From NCBI GenBank assembly GCA_039621445.1, contig CP154954.1:15580140-15644139 (forward strand): a stretch of DNA of 64,000 bases, written 5' to 3'. The translations under genes were made by a program, and so were the position numbers. The notes below the pieces were generated by a model. It saw only the letters and a list, made by a program, of their open reading frames with translations, was not told the origin of the DNA and did not search any database. How positions within the stretch are numbered: the stretch's first letter is position 1; each line of letters begins with the position of its first letter. Of this stretch, positions 56,472 through 64,000 are shown in pieces. The stretch comes from Euglena gracilis (lineage: Eukaryota).

Positions 56472-59400
56472 GCCCAAGGATTGCGTTACTTGGAACTCCC
56501 CAGTGAGCTGTTGGCAGTTCTCTTCCCAAGTTCAAACAACAGTAGAAATGCTGATGCCATGGAAGTGTTTGTTGGTACAACCATATTTTTTGGTGCCTCT
56601 GACTTTTTCTTACTAGAAAGTGTGTGTGTTTCATCAGTCTTACGAGAGGAGAGTGATGAATACATATTTCTCAACCTTTGAGTTTTGCAAATGAAAGCAA
56701 TGAATGTTGTGAATCATGATTTTCAGCCAACGAACCTTAAATTCTGAGGTTGGCTGAGGTGTAACGTTCCCATCCAGTCGCTGTGTGATTTGTGGTTTTT
56801 TTTCAACTTTTATTCTGAACTCCTTGAATAACAAACAAGTTTTTGATTTTCAAGGGGAAAAAAACAGAACCTCAAACGAAGTCCTCGGATGTTCCACTTC
56901 TGTGCACGTTTGCATTGGCTGCACGGCCCATCCGCGATGACCGCGCCTCGCACAGCTCTGATCAACGGCTGGTCTGGTGGCTTGTGGGGCTGGTGTTTGA
57001 CTACAAAAATAATACAGCACTCCGCGAAAATCATTTAAAAAGGTTTAGAATGGTTTAAACTGGAGACAGTACGAGTCAGAGGCGAGGGTTCAGGGTGGGG
57101 TTAGGATTGGAAATGAGTTCTGGGAGGGGGTGTTTGGGTAGGTGGAGGGTAGGGGTCCCAGGTTTGCACCATGTCTCGGTTCCCCCTCTTTCTTTGGGTC
57201 TTTGGCGTTGTTTGCCATGACATACAGGCCACAATGCTCAGAAAAGAAAGGTAGCCTCAACTTTTTGGCCTGGGTTTCTGCCACACAAACCACCCTTGTG
57301 CGGACGGGGAAGGTGCAAAATGAAGCGAGTTGGGGAGGATCCGAGAGCCGATCGGAGGTGCAGCAGCGTAATCATCGCTGACAAGGCTGCCTGTCTCTTG
57401 TCCTTGTCCTTGTCCCGTCAACGTGGCAAAGCCAATGATTCGCCAACACGAACAAGCCCCCTCCGTTGGCAGTGTCCCTGAGGGTCCCCCCCCCCCTCTG
57501 AGTTGAACTTTCCAAACACAAGGCAAAGAGTTTCCATGCTTGTGTGATCACTTGAGGAAATCCCGTTGTCCTCCTTCAAGCTGGTGCCAATCTTCGTGCT
57601 CCCCAACTTCCAGATGCCTAAAACTTCTGTTACAAACATAAAACTTAAACACAAAGCACTATTACAAGGTCATATGTAATGTGTTTCGTTCGAAGGCCCA
57701 CCAAACAGACGTCTTAGTGACAGTCCTGTCTCCACAGTCCTTCACTCACTCACTCAGGAGACAATTTACAGGCAGAGGCAGGGAAAAATTTCTGGATATT
57801 TACGAAAATTAATTGCAACTGAATTCAAAAGTGTCCATTTTTTGTGTGTTGTTTCCGTGAGATGAATTGTTTTCTGTTTTTCTTATTTGCTGTCTTTTTC
57901 GCTAGTTGTTTCCATGTTTGCAAACAAGATGAACCAAACACACAAATATGCAATCAGTTTTTTTTTAAAAAAAACGGGAGATGACCCAACCCCCAGGGCT
58001 GGCAACTTTTTCCCGGCCAGCAGCTCCCAACCAGCCTGGGCTCCCAACCAGGCTGTGACCCCCACCCCCAGATGTTCACTGAAACAAAGTTGCAAAGTTG
58101 GGACCAGCCTAGTGAAGCCGGGCTCGGCCAAAATAAAATAAGGCCGAAAAAAGAGACTTCAAAAAAAATGTCTCAAAGAGGTACTTTGAAAAATGGTCAA
58201 AAGAGGCTCCAAATGGCATTTTTGTGTGTTTTTGGGGTTTTTGCTTCAATTTTTTTTGGCTTTTTGCCTGTTTTCAGGGTCAGTTGCCAGCCAGCTGGAC
58301 CCCCCCCCCTCTCTCTGAACCAGCCCTGGGGGAGGGTACAGCTAGCACCTTTTTTTCTGGCCAGCACCTTTTCCAGCCATCCCACAGAGCCGGGGAGCAA
58401 AAGTCCCTTTGCAAACAACAGTTAGTCACTCCCCCCCCCTCTGCCTGGGGGAAAGGCTACTTTTGGGATTAACAAACAGCCGAACCTAATCCTGCATCGA
58501 TTTTTTTTTCAGGCACTTCTTACCGGAAACATGCATTTCACCCGAGGATTGAATGGGGATCAGCAAATCCCATCTGTTCCTGTACCTTCCCGCAGCAGTT
58601 GTCAAGCTTCAGATGCAGAAGGAAAGAGTAATGAAGTGCGATCACTTTTTTGGGTTTAATTTGGTTTAGCACAGACGAGAAGTTGATGGTGTCGGCAGAA
58701 GCCCATACCGGGGCTTTTTTTTGTGTAACCCTTTGCGCTTTCTGGTAAGACAGTCAGCCGGATAAAAACTGACGGGGTGTGCAGAACGTGTGTTTGTTTG
58801 CTCTTGTGTTGTTGTTTTTTTCCCCCTTCAGAATCCCGCCTTTTTTTTTCCAGCCCAGGCACCTCTGAAACAGTTGTATTTTTGATAGTCAGTGACAGGA
58901 TTCTGCTGAAGGGTTCATTGCTCCCGGTCAGTGAAGAAGAAAAACCTCGAAAACAGGAAATTCACGGAAAATTCACGGAAAACCATGCGAAATTATGGAA
59001 AATCACAAAAAAAGTACACTTTGGTCTCAGCCAGCACGGAAATGGGAGAAACCCTGCATGTGTGCGCGCGTATATACATCTGTACGTACATGGATGGATG
59101 GATGGATGGGGGGCTCCAGTATGACGGTGAGAAAATTTTTACCCGTTGAGATTTTCGACCATCATTTGTCTCTCATTGTGTTCCTGCTGGACACAGAATA
59201 TCCCGTATTTGCAGGCAGAAAATGTCTAGTTGTCGCATAAGTCAAAGTTTTTGACACTTAGTTAAAAAATTAGCAGAACAAAAGAATAGAACAAAGGATT
59301 TGCGGATGTGAGAGCCGTTTGGGCCAGACAGACAGGCCAAAAACCTACCTGGGCAGGCCACGCATCGCAATGGCGGCCAAGGTGGGGACGGGGCGCACAT

Positions 59401-59618
59401 GTAGACCATCAACGTGGGCACCCCTGCCTGAGCGGTCAGCCGGACCAGGGAGTGGGGGGGCCAGGGAGGTGGTTCCAAACCTGCTGCCAGGCTGGACCCG
59501 ACTGGGGCCCAAACAGGCAAGGCCGAAATCCAGCTGGGGTGCATTTTTCAGCTGACCTTCCCCTCATGGTTTAAGCCACAAACGTGGGAGGTTTCCACCT
59601 TTCATGCAACCACCCCAA

Positions 59619-59647
59619 ATGGTACATGCCCGTCAGTCACTGGCCAT
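59619..59647 (+). CDS. Gene B probable first coding exon MVHARQSLAI (upstream in-frame ATG at 59604 also possible)
   Basis: Intron 59648..62074 has caggtg(+4)/cacctg(-6) and joins in frame to the TM exon. Confidence 0.65.
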
Positions 59648-60449
59648 GGGCAGGTGACAACACAGGGGGGGGGGAAGTTGGGGCTAAAGAAAATTGGATG
59701 AAAAATTTGGAGGTTGAAAATTTTGACAGTCTCGGCAAAGCTCTTGTTCGACAAATTTCTTGAAATAATGGGCAATTTTTGGTGAAAAATTCCGAAAACC
59801 CTTTGGGGAATTTGGCGAATTTAGCCAAAACGGTAAAAAAAAGGAAAACACTTGCTGGGATTTCATTCCGCCAATTTCTTTCCATTCCACTTTGGGGCAT
59901 TGCCAATTCCCCTAGTAATGCCAATGCTCACACCAAAATGAGTGGATCGTGGGGGGGAAGTGGGGGGAGGTGGTCTTTTTGGACCCAATTGTACCACCTG
60001 GTTTCCGCAGTGCTGTTCCTCAAACCCGTATCAATTTTGACAAATGATAAATGCACAGGAAAAAAATAATTGAATACGAGCAACGCCAATTAACCACTTT
60101 CAGGTTCCGGGACATCTACATTAGTTTCACCAACCCCTGAGACCATTACTTCCCCCACCTTGGATGTCGAAAATTAATGCCGCAGGAAAGAGGAAAGCTG
60201 AAGAATTTTTTTTAACCTGACGATACTTCCCAAAGTGGCCAAATTTTTTGGCACATTTTGGTTTCCGCCACAAAGTGGCCACTGTTTTCGCTACCCACTG
60301 AAACGAGCTGACTTCTTTGAGGATAGGAGGTTGCTCTTGGACAAAATTGAATGAATGGTCAGGAAAACAACATAGTAATCAACCCAACGAGACACAATTT
60401 TTAGAACAACAGTCAAAGGCCATTGCTTTCTGAATGTATGATATCAAAA

Positions 60450-60508
60450 CATACACATGCACACACGCACGGACGCACGCACGCACGCACTCACGCACGC
60501 ACGCACAC

Positions 60509-60571
<63 letters not shown>

Positions 60572-60585
60572 TGCACACACACACG

Positions 60586-60622
<37 letters not shown>

Positions 60623-60742
60623 GCGCACGCACGCCCACACGCACGCCCACACACACACACACACACGCACACGCACACGCACACGCACACGCACACGCAC
60701 ACGCATGCACACACACGCACACACACACACACACACACGCAT

Positions 60743-60818
<76 letters not shown>

Positions 60819-60967
60819 ACGCACACGCACACGCACACACACTCACTCACTCACTCACTCACTCCCTCACTCACTCACTCACTCACTCACTCACTCACTC
60901 ACTCACTCACTCACTCACTCACTCACTCACCCACTCACTCACTCACTCACTCACTCACTCACTCACA
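60450..60967. repeat. (CA)n/(CACACG)n followed by (ACTC)n microsatellite in gene B intron 1
   Basis: Directly visible. Confidence 0.97.
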
Positions 60968-62074
60968 AATACCAAGCGGCCCAGAGAGCAGTGGATAATT
61001 ATGTCCCCTGTATTCCAAGTCTTCCACCCTGCGCAGTCTTTTTTTTCAGAATGGAGTTTCGCATCTCTTTCACATTTGCACTGACGCTTGTACCTTGGTG
61101 GGGCTCCAGAATTTTCTCCGTCGCATCTTGGCCTAATCTGAGGATTTTGCATCCCTCCCTGGATCGCCCAGTTTGGATCTGGCAGAGGGAAAAGGGACCC
61201 TATCCGGCACCCTCTGTCCAAAGCTTGTCTGGGACGTTGCGACCCTAACCAACAGGAAAAGCTTTTTGAGAGCCGTGTTTTCAGATGCTCTGTTGCTGAA
61301 GCCAAATCACCCAGCAGTATGAAGCAGCTCTCGCCCCCATTTTTTTTAAGAATATACTTGTAGTAGCCCCAAGTGAGTTGCACATGCGATTTTCAGGCTA
61401 TCCTCGTCCGCCCGTGAGAGTCTTATTTGGGGGGCAGCAAAGGTGGTGATAAAAAAAAAACAACAAAAATAAAGAAGGTTTTGGGTTTTTTTTAAAAAAA
61501 GCGCTCATGACGGTTTGCAAAATTTTTTTGAATAGAATCCCATTGACCATCACGTTTTAGGGGAAACACTTTGGGCCATTATTTGGTGCAAAAGTGAAAA
61601 GTGCACCCAATTTTTTTGAATTTTTTTGTGTAAGAAGATTTTGGGCATTTTTGGTTGTGAAGGTGCGTTGGGTTGGTTGCGAGGTAATGTCTCAAAAAGG
61701 TTTATTTTCAGGAAAAAATGGTGTTTTCAAAAAAAATACCTCCGTTTTTTTAAAAAAAAATAGCACGAGCTCTAGGGGGCATTACATTCGAATTATGCTA
61801 CTTCTTGTCTGCTTCCGAATTGGAAAGACGATATCACTGATTATCACTCTTTTTTTTTTATATTTGAAAACCACCATTTGGCAGTCAAATGATGTTAGAA
61901 CATAATATTTATGGAAAAGTATTTTCGAGCCCCAATGCATTTTTTTGTAATGGTGCTGCAAGTAAGAATCTGTATTAAAAATCTGTTTTTGTTTCTGAAA
62001 ATTTGGATATTTGAGTTTCGGGTCGGTGAAGTGATTCAAATAGAAGTCCAGCAAGTGGAACCCCACCTGTTATC

Positions 62075-62215
62075 AACACTTGCATTGTCGCTTGCCCCGG
62101 CCATAATCATCTGGGTGGTGTTCATGGACCTGATGACGTCCTCCGTGGACCTGCTGCGGGGTACCACGCGGGACTCAATGGACGTCATCGTACAAAATAT
62201 CCAACAGTTGCTCAT
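62075..62215 (+). CDS. Gene B exon TLALSLAPAIIIWVVFMDLMTSSVDLLRGTTRDSMDVIVQNIQQLLM (N-terminal TM/signal anchor)
   Basis: Hydrophobic helix, coding bias, stem-type junctions. Confidence 0.8.
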
Positions 62216-63488
62216 GTGCAGGTTGAGGCAGTCAAGAAGATCCAACATTCAACTTTGGATACCGGTTTTCCTTGCATCGAATGTGAAAAAAACAACCAAA
62301 TTGTCACACTGAACCAGCAAAATGGTCGAAATTGCCCGAGTTGGTAAGAAATGGCAGAAAAATGTGTCAATTTCAGATAGTAAAATTGTCTGTTATCGCA
62401 TTCTTTGAATCAAAGAAAAAAAGTCTTTGATTTGTTGGCAGGTATTTCTTACGCCGGACCCCTCCCTACCCCGGGTGGGTCCAGCCAGCCAGCACTTTTT
62501 TTCCTGCTCCCAGCTGGTCTGTGGACCCTCCGGGGGGGGGGGGGGAGTTGAGAATTTTTTTTTGCAGCCGGAAAATTTTTTCGGACCGAATTGCCGAAAC
62601 TTTTTGAAAAGGTGTCAAAAGTACCAGAAAGGGTCATTTTGGTACGCTTCCCCCCCCCCACCTCAAGAGCTCATTGCCTGAAAAATGCATCCCAGCTGCC
62701 AGCTGGATTCGGGCTTTTCTTGCCTGTTTTTTTCGGGTTCCAGCCAGGTCCAGCGCGGCAGCCGGGTTCAAACCATCTGGACCCCCCCACCCCATAGGGG
62801 GGGGGGGTCCAGCCAGCAGCTGGACGGCTGGACCTTCCCCCTAAGAAATTCCCTTGTGATTGTGGGTCCTTGGATTGACTGATTTGTCAATCCAAGTCAT
62901 GGAGAGGGAGGCAAATGCCCTTGCCTGCTTGTGCCTTGGACACCCGTCTCATACATGGACCTGAAAACTCACACAGTTACCCCTGAAATTATAAACTGGT
63001 ACAGAGATTTACTGTGTTGAATCTTTTGTATGTTATTTATCATTGGCTTTTTCAAGGATAAAATTCAGATTCTCAAACAGGCCTAAAACCATTGATTTTG
63101 ATCCGTTTTGGTCAAAATGGCCAAAACTACAGAAATTACAAAAGCAGCTGAAACGTTTTTAAAAATGGAACACCCTTCTCAAGAATTTCAGTTTTCAACG
63201 TCAGGTCCAGCCCTTCCTTTTCCTGTTTTTTTATTCTGACCTTTCAGTGAACAAGAACACCACCCTAGCCCATTCTCAGTTTTTTTTTTTGCATTCCTCA
63301 AAGAAAGGTTGACCCATAACGTTGACCTGCCTCTTACCTCTATGCGGATTTGGTTTCTCTGAGGGGAGAGGTGTCCAAACAGCTTGTAAGTCTGTAAGTC
63401 TGTGAAATCCACAGGGCAACGTCGGGTGAACATATTTTTTTTTTAATTCGGTTGGCCAACCTTTCCAACCTAAACCCTAAACCTGTTT

Positions 63489-63591
63489 GGTGAGCCAGGC
63501 GATCGAACGGTTCGACGCTCGGCTGACGGAGGGCGAGAAGGAGATGACGGAGGTGGCTCTCATGGTGCAGGGCAGCGGGGTGCTGGGCTAC
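63489..63591 (+). CDS. Gene B exon (V)SQAIERFDARLTEGEKEMTEVALMVQGSGVLGY (start 63489 or 63492)
   Basis: Coding bias; downstream intron 63592..63845 has stem tgggcacctgc/gcgggtgtcca in the +4/-6 register. Confidence 0.82.
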
Positions 63592-63845
63592 GGCTGGGCA
63601 CCTGCAGCGAACCGAATGCGGGGTTGGGCTCCCCTTGCACCCCAGAGCCAGAATTCTTCAGGAGTGTCTTGAAAGCTCTTGCAAACTTTTTGTCCAGAAG
63701 ATTCTGGAACACTGCTGAGTTTGTAAAAGTGTTACCCTTTCTGTGAGCAAGGCATCCGGCGGACACAGAAAAAGAAGGGGCTGTAGCTTTTTGGCGGGGA
63801 CGGCAGTGTGCTAAAGGAGGTGCAAGGGAGCGGGTGTCCAACGAC

Positions 63846-63881
63846 GACCTGCGACCCTCGCGATTTGATATCCCGCGGTTG
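63846..63881 (+). CDS. Gene B exon DLRPSRFDIPRL, paralog of the gene A exon at 502-537; gene continues past the window
   Basis: 11 of 12 residues identical to gene A, with six synonymous codon differences. Confidence 0.85.
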
Positions 63882-64000
63882 GGCCTGCACACTTCTGTCC
63901 CACAGAGCTCATGGCACTCCCATTTTTGAAGCGCGAAGGCAAGTTCAAGACAGTTAGAACTGCGATGAAAGCTGATTTACAGGTAAACCCCCAAAATAAG

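Noticed and set aside
1-64000. rRNA, tRNA or intact transposase genes; prokaryotic operons
   Set aside because: None recognisable by eye; small ncRNAs cannot be excluded without a covariance-model search.

Overview
Repeat-rich eukaryotic genomic DNA, most consistent with a euglenid such as Euglena; this is inferred from intron architecture, not from a database hit. The ORF track is mostly noise because the real coding sequence is split into 27-161 nt exons. Manual exon chaining gives gene A (+, 5' end upstream of the window, 502..37771, at least 24 exons). It encodes a receptor-type class III adenylyl cyclase: extracellular domain, TM helix, HAMP-like linker, cyclase domain and a C-terminal [10 protein letters not shown]. 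The first four exons of a tandem paralog (gene B, +, 59619..>63881) lie at the window end. Almost none of the introns are GT-AG. Their ends base-pair in a fixed register (+4 onward with -6 backward, usually CAG with CTG), which is the euglenid nonconventional intron type. A few introns can be read both ways. Introns and intergenic DNA hold hAT-like (8-bp TSD) and TA-TSD MITEs, a perfect 381-bp-arm foldback element, a probable decayed minus-strand non-LTR retrotransposon broken by nested insertions, and long microsatellites. The 22.9-25.2 kb region looks misassembled and lacks a clean copy of one catalytic exon. All junctions were derived by eye and need RNA-seq confirmation.
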